A program made the position numbers and the translations under genes. Of a stretch of 52,649 nt of DNA, positions 28,101-34,558 are shown one piece after another. The first letter of the stretch is position 1; each line of letters opens with the position of its first letter. Under the pieces are notes generated by a model. That model did not search any database and was not told the origin of the DNA. It was given only the letters and a program-made list of their open reading frames with translations. This DNA is from Christensenellales bacterium (lineage in GTDB: Bacteria > Bacillota > Clostridia > Christensenellales > DTU072), in NCBI GenBank assembly GCA_051883535.1, contig JBJETX010000079.1, forward strand, positions 1 to 52,649, read 5' to 3'.

Positions 28101-30215
28101 TCCCACTCCTTCCTGCGCGGAAAATCCGACGGAATAACTGTTTATCGTGCAGACGGACCTCACGACCACGTCGTACTTGGGCATTACGAAATCGTTGAGA
28201 TCTCCGAGACCTTCCCTGTCCGCTTTCCAATCGCTGACGGTCCAGTTCGCCGCGCCGTAAATAAGCGCAAGCCCGTCGGGCGTCGCGTCACTCTTTATCT
28301 CGACTTTGGGTTTCAACCCTCCGCGCACGCCGTAATTACGCGTTTCGCTCGTCACGTTATAACCTTCGGTATACGCTCCGTTTTCAAAGAATGCGGGGTC
28401 GTCCGTCACGTCGTTTCCGTCGTAGACGACGCTGAGAATATACGTTATCGTATAATCCCTTTCGATAAAGCGAACGGTGAAACTTTCTTCCTGTTCCACG
28501 CGATATCTGTAAACGTAATAAATCGTATCCGTTTTTACTTCGTCTCCGTACTGAATTACCCTTCCGGAAGCGTCGTTGTTTTCCTTATCGAGCCATTGCC
28601 CGAATTTATATCCCGATTCCGCGACGACGTATATCTCTATCGTCTGCCCGTATTCGTAATATCCGCTAAGCGTTCCGCTCGCGCCTATTTTTGCCGTCCC
28701 TTTGTCCGATTCGTCGGATTTTACCGATATCTTATGCGTTTCGGGAACGAACGTTCCTCTGACGTAAACGTCTCCGTCTGGCATTACGGAAGGAATTCTT
28801 CCCGAATTGTCCGCGTTCTCCCAATTACCGAATTTATAATGAGAAATCGCGGGAACGGCGGCGAGCACGACGGCGTTGTTATAGTCGTAGTATTCTTCTT
28901 TCAGGAAGACGCCTTCTTCGGTTGCAGATTTTTCAAATCCCGCGCCGATAAGTCGGTTTTCCCCTTCTGCGTCGAGACAGTATTCTCCGTTGACGTTGCA
29001 GTCTATACGGTAAAACACCGTGTGTTCTTTTCTTATGAACTCCGCTTTAAGCAAAGTGTTCGCGCCGCCCGAAATAACCGCGCCCGTCCGCTCTATCTCC
29101 GCAAGCGTGAACGTCTCGGTTATAGGAGATTTTTCCGCGCCGACTTCCGCTACGGGCAAAGTCACCGCGCGGTTTTCTTCCTCGGAAAAATACGTCGCTT
29201 CGTCGCCGTTTATGAAACACAGCGTTCCGTCCGACGTCCTGCCGAGAACGTACTGCGTTCCTCCGTAATTTATTCTCCATTCCACGAAATTGCTTCCCGC
29301 GGGAACGGTTCCCGATACGTTGACCGTATCGTTACGAGCGTAAAATCCGCCGCCCGAACCGCCTATTACGGTAAGTTTGTACGCCTCTCGATATTGCGCT
29401 TCGAGAACGTAGGTTTCTCCCGAAACGACGTTATCTCCGGTAAGAGAGAAAATAAATTCTCCTTCGTCCGCTATACTTGCTCCGCCGAGTTTCCAGCCCG
29501 TACACTGCCTGTCCACTATGTCCGGCGCGACTATTCTCACCGCGCCGTCTTCGATATACGCTTTGATTTCTTCGGTTACTTCTCCGGTTTCCGCGTTTTT
29601 CAGCACTATATTGACAAACGGATTTTCTTTGTAAACCGCGTGAAAAACCGTTTCTCCGCCTTCGTAAACGCCCGTGGAAGTTCCGTTTGCGTCGGTTACG
29701 AGAGTTTCTCCCGCCTGCCAGCCTACGAAACCGAATCTGTGTTTTTCCGGAACCGGCAGAATATATCCGTACCCTTTAAGCAACGCGCCGTCCGTATCCG
29801 AGAGAATGCCTCCGTACGCGCTGACTTTTATAACGTAGTTCTCGGGAAGGGTTCCCCCGTCGGCGTCGAGAGTGACCGCGTCCGCTGAAGCGTATACCGC
29901 TCTTACGACGGCGTCGCTCGTCACTTTATAGACGGTTTCTCTATCGTAAGAAAAAGGTTTACCTTCGGCAAGCCAGCAGACGAACATTTCGTCCGCCGCA
30001 ATCTCCGCTTTGAGTTTTATCTCCGTACCGAGTTCGTAAGCCCTGAGAGTTCTGTTTTCTCCGCATATAATTTCCACCGTGCGCAGTTCGGTCGCTTCGG
30101 GAATTTCGCCGCCCGGAGTGTCGTCCGTATTTTTTTCGGAACACGACGCCATTATGCAGACGGTTGCCGCCAGCACTGCCAATATCGCTAATCCCACGAA
30201 CAATCTTCGTTTCAT
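19185..30215 (-). CDS. 3676-aa mosaic surface lipoprotein (InlB-B/Listeria-Bacteroides-like repeats, BspA-type LRR, beta-helix-like region, C-terminal Cys/His modules)
   Basis: This is a track ORF. Signal peptide MKRRLFVGLAILAVLAATVCIMASC/SEK, with GGAGG 5 nt upstream. Repeated G[YH]xFxGW motifs are present. The LRR_5-like units are of the form TVTKIGERAFSGCSSLT / IGEDAYYGCSALT / IGGYAFSGCEDLT. A long G/T/S/A/V-rich segment follows, then four HxC...HxCxxCG...CxxCG modules at the C-terminus. Confidence 0.9.
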   Translation of the reverse strand: MKRRLFVGLAILAVLAATVCIMASCSEKNTDDTPGGEIPEATELRTVEIICGENRTLRAYELGTEIKLKAEIAADEMFVCWLAEGKPFSYDRETVYKVTSDAVVRAVYASADAVTLDADGGTLPENYVIKVSAYGGILSDTDGALLKGYGYILPVPEKHRFGFVGWQAGETLVTDANGTSTGVYEGGETVFHAVYKENPFVNIVLKNAETGEVTEEIKAYIEDGAVRIVAPDIVDRQCTGWKLGGASIADEGEFIFSLTGDNVVSGETYVLEAQYREAYKLTVIGGSGGGFYARNDTVNVSGTVPAGSNFVEWRINYGGTQYVLGRTSDGTLCFINGDEATYFSEEENRAVTLPVAEVGAEKSPITETFTLAEIERTGAVISGGANTLLKAEFIRKEHTVFYRIDCNVNGEYCLDAEGENRLIGAGFEKSATEEGVFLKEEYYDYNNAVVLAAVPAISHYKFGNWENADNSGRIPSVMPDGDVYVRGTFVPETHKISVKSDESDKGTAKIGASGTLSGYYEYGQTIEIYVVAESGYKFGQWLDKENNDASGRVIQYGDEVKTDTIYYVYRYRVEQEESFTVRFIERDYTITYILSVVYDGNDVTDDPAFFENGAYTEGYNVTSETRNYGVRGGLKPKVEIKSDATPDGLALIYGAANWTVSDWKADREGLGDLNDFVMPKYDVVVRSVCTINSYSVGFSAQEGVGTYEVSAINGKDPSLYASGSVYVVPFGSAFDVDVTVDNGYRMHNVRVGGEAIGEESGYGITNTGEYESEINFVFIKSGKSTIYVIYAERNIHTVKYYVSADYLHADADRLLSGYIAVDTRDKKTVGDLDYYLVTGVLASDGSMKDVTAYDMVYGQQIEDPTIDATERRYSFGGWTRMSGDKPYNENVMPDGSVWAYGRFTLQSYTVSVAKNTFRFDEGAGNVETANVNKIVEREEETVYGESNPFVTSGHLYFSEITLKRHSPTGYDFTVWKITSHTDGQSDVIVRFDISEAEEGVVYKVTSGNKVFKYRVNDDGTITVFLTENSEIEAEFKVMTFTARAVDDRTQIKDSSAGSNKFALVYTFEYGSTLDFLCNYTAIMRNGNKITGFTVSENADMTAVTETLGSGFDEENLSYPTASAIMKTTEEKYVCDVYVKAEIEAINYRVYYSIYSVADSLNHLSGAPVTVYGNALAQTTYTVNYNGTVGLIGDDETKVVAENAGLDVDNVMYSGWYKGDTLDSSKTEGDGFKDATGSYSAERTYKHETYASHAYFSCYLIRMITSDSGVAELNDTIKNTAEYKNYVGAYYRQIEMPAVGADGAAITALADEAFIGFYTITSVIMPETVTKIGERAFSGCSSLTGTGLVDAVEEIGEDAYYGCSALTEVTIGERVAKIGNRAFAEINNLATINYLSTATLSGLNPLNVGSQVFGNSGKDAAEGIAFIVGTGVTAIVKDLFCSRTSLGGYEENGKYLTSVSFASGDNAERVTIAGGAFAGSGLVRFDATERVTEIGESAFGYCASLEEADLSRTSLTIVGKKAFEYSGVKTVVLPEAVTEIGGYAFSGCEDLTSVYYSSDAGLSTIGERAFSKGDGGEAPKLVRITHVSEMAKEGGGEQVVRLENLVLMGMEAFYYCSSVKEAVIGGDATVLGASAFVGASSLAKLTYNVRNGANKDGAGSATFVQTYSTNCELIIGEEVETVPDYAFYGFTAVKTLTVPETVTKIGVQAFGMMSGLTLVNFNPDGAEYECTEAAKPFFGAGSAAGMKAVFGANVSNIRAGAFAGATNLTAIEIVSASVLSLIIGDRAFADTGITAVSLPERDGITVGESAFSGAPVTALTVDEGNETAVFKAGAFGSTTAPERMTVNMMGRVMSSMFAKIDSGAFTVTQTATGLKGTLVGTMTTFENIDFSVEKTDELELNGTSTVFVIKTGATIHGKLLSVGGATIEKSETAQYFKAVAYDKGDFIDKNAFGGYTHLKIAEGEAISFESSLTVNAVEFEVARAVEFLATTNLGVDRFVVNDGVKVKVNAASFRLSGALGGELAALAGAEIVIGSERFINNGNAPEDGYGKGIRVLSGETIVGSGESGYDYTVTSGEAEINYDYEQKTGYRLKISGGALTVSAVAVLSSYEAAAGTELTVAETGLVRLGGYSAGQGGALWTVDAAVSRLGSDVKNYYGTLSIAYGDASALESGATYLLGKSLSVGESVNAPSVATVLDFNGFTLTFNGGAITANEKLTLKNASVSATGETTTLSGTGEIVVESGTIETEYGAIDGSGKVTVNAGALVTSARGTAIATSADATINGTVTGYDFGLKVVGSAANVVITGAVGATGTNNSAVYAEGSAVVVTAESGATISGDVGIKSVRPTETTTDTATPLINVKSGATVAGQTAGILTVGAGYTSISGTVSATAARGITLVGDERIYRGAIVAVENGNDDGNYARVSVSGTVTNADGDAVLYVGYGKADSSVAEYAAVTLEAAARITGAVAEYVTAYATLSGSSYEGEVYALDGNGAMALYYGSAEAGSGTKYLYEGRTRMQTGYALTSDEPANNGDGATARYLSHYMNVTDAFGKGGIIRVNNATITELPEGETIVASGTATVASASAVEINGKIGISSGGKLSVETNAAINGRLIFFGGISEEEFEISTGVDVTVNAGGKVNVGEGMKISSGASVTIYGETVTTASSKIVNGGRLVLTADCSLKGEITGENGSVTTIGGNLTVDSFSLNGGTVESTVGKTLTATNMSFGAGNYEIAAGITAESLYLGETGTNVTANGKVVINGEITYGSTQDISLTFVGNENRIYMSEIGFALTVSGTTEIITSGFLSIRGTVTINAELKVYYYDSGVTTIGEAWVYSGGKAILEAGGALNVYSVTLQPGGGLENNGGTLNADETTVIYSGGWMFTKDGCTAYVYTSEAEVAEEVTVDVYDGGVLKGRAVSNCEGEEIVVVAPTCGEIGYTGCKYEVKGVLSDGTPLVIKHDRQRILPATGEHTFAEDDGSGKHRCTVCGLYEEHVSEYVAAAYMDDNYFVDGKQIFILGEVCSVCNDRHTLLIIDCETTEKEFNEMNLFLAPSAIGEEGKRISAQGDGDEPMGAKATGSVTVGGTLYYIVKVNVEANVDYYVLVAHSDCHYKPDENGTHTCIGCGQTEETPHVADTYATKKTENGAAVYGAVTKVCGVCGEGELLSVEAATVAEAITAVSAITVTLDGYEWKYSITAESSLGIVEAAAFTFAENGITYYALAVTLTRTDDEAITKEYAYEVGGESRTTGFILPVKNDSAHICKVVSEAKTVGGKTLNVIGAKCVVGGEGNAYFELSATPTVGELKGVLLGYLVEYNDAEYRITVKENYDGLALGELVKGYFVEETTGCDVVEVVLVNATTGITLAGSYYVAVNHVCHNFLHSGSAHVCADCGADYAAAHEETVTGTAKYTVGDNTYEFVINKCAICGTGTPVVLSSATAEGLSAELASVKMTAYAADKNGNGGYYELPARLAEDKGDLYKLYPVSIKLKPDGTFVDVGGDEEGTVYGITYVRFATDTLSHDGVYAMLFPHKCTDYKSNSDGSGHVCTECGADYGTGDEEHSETLYGVQEMVYDNGTIKVLNKYCAFCGKGSAYTTTATRVYTVNSTLKTYTATIDGNTYSIAITDSKYTSAPYTTTPSASGKSVDVGGKTYYLWEITLTPKSSGTAITAYVLIGTN

Positions 30216-30291
30216 ATAAACCTCCGACGCGGTCTGTCAGACCTATACTTTCGCGCGCTTAACGCGCGTAAAATAAATCTATAAATTTAAT

Positions 30292-30319
30292 ATTATAATA
30301 TGTTCCGCGTTCTTGTCAA
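30292..30319 (-). promoter_or_regulatory. sigma-70 promoter of the 3676-aa lipoprotein operon
   Basis: The minus strand reads TTGACA-16 nt-TATAAT. The -35 is 30319-30314 and the -10 is 30297-30292. Confidence 0.65.
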
Positions 30320-30365
30320 GTCCGAACTTCGTCCGCTTAATCGCCGTTATCGGCTCGGGATATAA

Positions 30366-30395
30366 TTGACTTAACCCTCTTCGTTGCGTTATAAT
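30366..30395 (+). promoter_or_regulatory. sigma-70 promoter of the SDR gene
   Basis: TTGACT-18 nt-TATAAT, divergent from the lipoprotein promoter. A GGAGGA RBS lies at 30424-30429. Confidence 0.55.
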
Positions 30396-30432
30396 ACCGA
30401 TGAATTACGGAAAACGGTCGACCGGAGGAACA

Positions 30433-31155
30433 ATGCAGAAAACGGCTTTTATTACGGGAATTACAGGCGGAATAGGCAGCGCGCTTTTGAAAAAATTTAC
30501 CGAAAACGGTTATTTTGTAATCGGTCAGTTTTGCAAAAATACCGAAAAAATTGATTTTTGGAAATCTTCGGAAATCGGTAAAAACTGCGCGTTTTTTCAA
30601 TGCGATTTTTCCGACGTTTCCGCGGCTACGCGTATGGCGAAAGAAGTTTGTTCTTCCTTCCCCGACATCGACTGCCTTATAAATAACGCCGGCATAACCC
30701 GCTCTTCGGTTTTTCAGGATGCGGACGACGATTTTCTCAGAACCGTCGCTTCGGTTAATCTTCTGTCTCCGATGGCGGTTACCCGCGAAGTCATAAAAAA
30801 TATGATTTCCGCAAAAAAAGGGTCTGTCCTGAATATTTCTTCCATATGGGGAACGTACGGGGGCAGTTGCGAAGTCGCTTACTCCGCTACGAAAGGCGGT
30901 CTTATCTCTTTTACGAAAGCGCTCTCGCGCGAACTCGGTGCGTCCGGAATAAGGGTAAACGCCCTGTCCTGCGGCTTTATCGACACTCCTATGAACGCTT
31001 CCCTCGATAATTCCGACAAACAAGCGTTTTGCGATTCTCTCTCCCTCGGGAGAGTGGGAAAAGCGGAAGAAGTAGCGGAAGCGGCTTTCTTCATATGCTC
31101 CGACAAAGCGTCTTACGTTACGGGTCAGATACTCGGCGTAGACGGCGGTTTTTAA
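30433..31155 (+). CDS. short-chain dehydrogenase/reductase (FabG-like)
   Basis: Track ORF is 30400-31155. Motifs: TGITGGIGSAL (TGxxxGxG), NNAG and YSATK (YxxxK). ATG 30433 has the RBS. Confidence 0.85.
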   Translation: MQKTAFITGITGGIGSALLKKFTENGYFVIGQFCKNTEKIDFWKSSEIGKNCAFFQCDFSDVSAATRMAKEVCSSFPDIDCLINNAGITRSSVFQDADDDFLRTVASVNLLSPMAVTREVIKNMISAKKGSVLNISSIWGTYGGSCEVAYSATKGGLISFTKALSRELGASGIRVNALSCGFIDTPMNASLDNSDKQAFCDSLSLGRVGKAEEVAEAAFFICSDKASYVTGQILGVDGGF

Positions 31156-31197
31156 TACTTTTCCTCTTTTTTTAATCTTAAATTCGCCCTTGCGGCG

Positions 31198-31226
31198 TTG
31201 ACACTTCGCCCGCGCGCGGTTATAAT
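31198..31226 (+). promoter_or_regulatory. perfect consensus sigma-70 promoter, leaderless geometry
   Basis: TTGACA-17 nt-TATAAT. The ATG at 31234 begins 7 nt after the -10, and there is no Shine-Dalgarno. Confidence 0.65.
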
Positions 31227-31233
31227 ATCGTTA

Positions 31234-32802
31234 ATGAAAAAATCGTTTATCGCGCGCGCGTTCATTATCGTGTTACTTATCGTCGGCGTTTTCGCCGTTT
31301 TTTCTTCGTGCGAAAACAATACGTCGTCTTCCGGAGTATATACCCGCGAAGGCGTTGAAGACGGCGTCACATACCGCTACACCCTTACGGTCGACGAATC
31401 GCGCGGAACTTTTTCCATAACCCGTCAATCTAATCCGGAAATCGTTTATTCGGGTACTTTTACAAATAAAAACGGATACCTTATTCTTGAAAGTAAGCAA
31501 AACGGAACGGAGTACGTTAAAATTATCGGAAACACGTTTTCTTTCTTTACTCCCGACGACGCGGTAAAAAATTGCGAACACGATTACGTCTATTCTAAAG
31601 AATCGGCGGGCAACTGTATAAGCAAAGGTTACGTCCTTTATAAATGCTCTTTATGCGGCGCGGAAAAAACCGAATACACGACGTACGGAAACCACTCTTA
31701 CGAAACGGTTTCTTATAAAAAAGGAAACTGCAAAACGAAAGGCTGTACGACTAAAAAATGTACTTTGTGCGGAGAAACCGTCGAATTATTCGATAAAGAA
31801 TACGGAGAGCATACTTTAAGCGAAGAAACGCGCGTGGATACTGGCTGCATCAATAAAATAGAAGCAAGAAGGCGTTGCACAACCTGTAACGTTTATATAG
31901 AAAGCGTGGAACTCGACGAATACGGAAGTCATCACTACGACGAAAACGGAGTATGCACTATCTGTCACTACGACGCAAGCGGTCTATGTCATATCCATAC
32001 CGACGAAGACAAAGACGGAAACTGCGACGACTGCGCGATAAAAATCGAGGTTGCGGAAGCAATAGACGCAAACGGATATTACCTGTCAGACGACGGAAAA
32101 ACCCTTTATTTCGGCGCGTACCCGACTCTTAAAGCCGATTACGAAGTATCCTCGATTATTTCCGAAGGAAAATTCGATCCTACGACGGGTTATTACCGTT
32201 ATGAAAACGCAAGTTTTGCGATAAAAGAAAAAAGAGGCGTAAAATACGCGTTTCTCGTCACCCCGTTAAGTTGGAGTAAATTCACGATAAACGGCGTGAG
32301 TTACTTCGCCTGCAATTATATAGCGGACCGCAAAGTTTACCTTAATTCCGTAGATATTAAACGTACTCAGAAACAAGAAGATTCAACAATTATTTACGAA
32401 TATTACAATAATAATTACTATAACGAGAGTTCTAATTTTAACGTAAAAGCAAATAATTGGGAAAAAAGCGCGCTTTACGAATTTGCAAATAATAACTTCT
32501 TAAACACCGCTTTTACCTCTCTTCAGAAAGATATGATAACGGGTTCAATAGGTATCCCGAGCGCGGATTTCGACGACGCGACGGAAGAAGAAAATTCTTA
32601 CGCTTTATCCGTTTGCTCATCGGCAGAAAATACGGATTATTCTATATTCGTTTCCGAAGTGAGCGAAACTTCGTTGATTTTCACTTCTTCCTCAGGCTCT
32701 GCCGGTAATACCGTTAAATGTATAAATGCGTATGAAATAAGAGACGCTTATATTAACAATACCTACGGTTTCGTGCCGGTAATACGCTTTTCCGTCGATT
32801 AA
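31234..32802 (+). CDS. Cys/His-repeat lipoprotein with DUF6273-like C-terminal domain
   Basis: Track ORF is 31198-32802. Signal peptide MKKSFIARAFIIVLLIVGVFAVFSSC/ENN has a lipobox. Repeated YG.H...C...G....C..CG units are present. The C-terminal NNWEKSALYEFANNNFLNTAF ... GFVPVIRF pattern resembles DUF6273, recalled from memory. Confidence 0.8.
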   Translation: MKKSFIARAFIIVLLIVGVFAVFSSCENNTSSSGVYTREGVEDGVTYRYTLTVDESRGTFSITRQSNPEIVYSGTFTNKNGYLILESKQNGTEYVKIIGNTFSFFTPDDAVKNCEHDYVYSKESAGNCISKGYVLYKCSLCGAEKTEYTTYGNHSYETVSYKKGNCKTKGCTTKKCTLCGETVELFDKEYGEHTLSEETRVDTGCINKIEARRRCTTCNVYIESVELDEYGSHHYDENGVCTICHYDASGLCHIHTDEDKDGNCDDCAIKIEVAEAIDANGYYLSDDGKTLYFGAYPTLKADYEVSSIISEGKFDPTTGYYRYENASFAIKEKRGVKYAFLVTPLSWSKFTINGVSYFACNYIADRKVYLNSVDIKRTQKQEDSTIIYEYYNNNYYNESSNFNVKANNWEKSALYEFANNNFLNTAFTSLQKDMITGSIGIPSADFDDATEEENSYALSVCSSAENTDYSIFVSEVSETSLIFTSSSGSAGNTVKCINAYEIRDAYINNTYGFVPVIRFSVD

Positions 32803-32825
32803 AAAATTATAAAACGTAAAAAAAA

Positions 32826-32853
32826 ACCGCCCGAAGAAAATCTTCTTCGGACG
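32826..32853. terminator. bidirectional rho-independent terminator
   Basis: CCGCCCGAAGAA-aatc-TTCTTCGGACGG is an 11-bp stem with one mismatch. An A-run lies upstream and a T-rich run downstream. It sits between two convergent genes. Confidence 0.75.
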
Positions 32854-32861
32854 GTTAATTT

Positions 32862-34457
32862 TTATTTTGCGTATTCGACGCTTCTCGTTTCCCTGATGAC
32901 GTTTACTTTGATTTGTCCGGGATATTCGAGTTCGGATTCGAGTTTCTGCGCTATTTCTTTAGCGAGGAATACCGTTCTCGCGTCGTTTACCTGGTCGGGT
33001 TTGACAATAACTCTTATTTCTCTTCCCGCCTGAATCGCGTAGGATTGTTCTACGCCTGCGAACGAATTTGCCAAGGTTTCCAATTTTTCCAAACGTTTAA
33101 TATAGTTTTCAAGCGATTCTCTTCTCGCTCCGGGTCTTGCTCCGCTTATCGCGTCCGCCGCCTGAACGAGAACGGCTTCTATCGTTTCGGGTTGTACGTC
33201 GCCGTGATGCGCGGCTATTGCGTTGACTATGTTGTCTTTTTCTTTATATTTTTTCGCAAGGTCTACGCCTATCTGTATATGCGTTCCTTCGTATTCGTGG
33301 TCAACGGCTTTTCCTATATCGTGCAGAAGTCCCGCTCTCTTCGCGGCTTTTACGTCCGCGCCGAGTTCCTGCGCCATCAATCCCGCAAGAAAACTTACTT
33401 CAAGCGAGTGATTGAGTACGTTCTGTCCGTAACTCGTACGATATTTCAACTTTCCGAGCAACTTTACAAGTTCGGGATGCACTCCGAAAATTCCCGCTTC
33501 GAAAACCGCTTCTTCTCCCGCTTCCTTAATCTGAGCGTCTATTTCTTTACGGACTCTCTCCGCGACTTCTTCTATCCTGCCCGGATGAATTCTTCCGTCG
33601 CTGACGAGTTTCTGAAGCGTCTGTCTTGCAACTTCTCTTCTTACCGGATCGAATCCCGTCAGGGTAACCACGTCGGGAGTATCGTCGATTATTACGTCTA
33701 CGCCGGTAACCGACTCGAACGCTTTGATATTACGTCCCACTCTTCCGATTATTCTTCCCTTCATTTCTTCGCTCGGAAGTTCGACTACGCTGACGGTGGT
33801 CTCCGCCGCGTGATCTACGGCGCATCTCTGAATAGCGAGTCCGATAATGTTTTTCGCTTTCTTTTCACCCTCTTCTTTGGCTTTCGCTTCAATATCCTTT
33901 ATAATTCCCGCCGCTTCGATTTTTGCGTCTTCGGTCATTTCGTTTACGAGAATTTGTTTCGCTTCCTCTCTCGACATTCCCGCGATTTTTTCGATTTCGT
34001 TTACGATATTGGCTCTTTGCTGTTCCAACTCGTTTTCCCTTATATCGAGTTCTGCGCGTTTTTTATCAAGATCCTGCTTCGTTCTGTCAAGAGATTCGAT
34101 TTTATTATCGAGTATAAGTTCTTTTTTGTCGAGCGCGTCCTCTTTCTGGTTAAGTCTGTTTTCGGTTTTCTGAATTTCGATTCTTCGTTGTTTGGATTCC
34201 TTTTCAAACTCGTTACGCAACCTTAATTGTTCTTCCTTTGCTTCAAGCAAGGCTTCCTTACGCATACCTTTCGCTTCCTGTCTGGCTTCTTCGAGAATTC
34301 TTTCCGCCTCTTTGGTAGAATTACCTATTTTCTTTTCGGTAATTTTTTTATAGGCGAATAATCCTATTACCGCGCCGATAATCAGACCGGCTATCGGAAG
34401 ACAGACGTACAGAGCGACAGAGGCAGCCCGGGATATTGCAACCAGATTGCTTAACAT
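32862..34457 (-). CDS. rny: ribonuclease Y
   Basis: N-terminal TM, a K/E-rich coiled coil, a KH motif ([15 protein letters not shown]) and an HD motif (LLHDIGK). A GGAGG RBS is present. Confidence 0.95.
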   Translation of the reverse strand: MLSNLVAISRAASVALYVCLPIAGLIIGAVIGLFAYKKITEKKIGNSTKEAERILEEARQEAKGMRKEALLEAKEEQLRLRNEFEKESKQRRIEIQKTENRLNQKEDALDKKELILDNKIESLDRTKQDLDKKRAELDIRENELEQQRANIVNEIEKIAGMSREEAKQILVNEMTEDAKIEAAGIIKDIEAKAKEEGEKKAKNIIGLAIQRCAVDHAAETTVSVVELPSEEMKGRIIGRVGRNIKAFESVTGVDVIIDDTPDVVTLTGFDPVRREVARQTLQKLVSDGRIHPGRIEEVAERVRKEIDAQIKEAGEEAVFEAGIFGVHPELVKLLGKLKYRTSYGQNVLNHSLEVSFLAGLMAQELGADVKAAKRAGLLHDIGKAVDHEYEGTHIQIGVDLAKKYKEKDNIVNAIAAHHGDVQPETIEAVLVQAADAISGARPGARRESLENYIKRLEKLETLANSFAGVEQSYAIQAGREIRVIVKPDQVNDARTVFLAKEIAQKLESELEYPGQIKVNVIRETRSVEYAK

Positions 34458-34529
34458 TCTTTACCTCCTATTTATATTTTTTTTAAGTTTCACGTCAATA
34501 TAATCGTTCGCTAAAATATTTGACAACTA

Positions 34530-34558
34530 ATTATAACCCATATAAACGGAAAAGTCAA
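34530..34558 (-). promoter_or_regulatory. sigma-70 promoter of rny
   Basis: The minus strand reads TTGACT-17 nt-TATAAT. The leader is about 65 nt. Confidence 0.6.

Noticed and set aside
26340-29888. + strand ORFs 26340-27773 (477 aa) and 28596-29888 (430 aa)
   Set aside because: They are codon-aligned antisense shadows of the 3676-aa lipoprotein gene, with the same R/V/F-rich junk composition.
30130-30136. A7/T7 homopolymer just after the lipobox codon of the 3676-aa gene, as a possible slipped-strand phase-variation switch
   Set aside because: Seven nucleotides is short for efficient slippage. The equivalent run in the other giant gene is only 6 nt. No population data are available, so I kept it only as a note.
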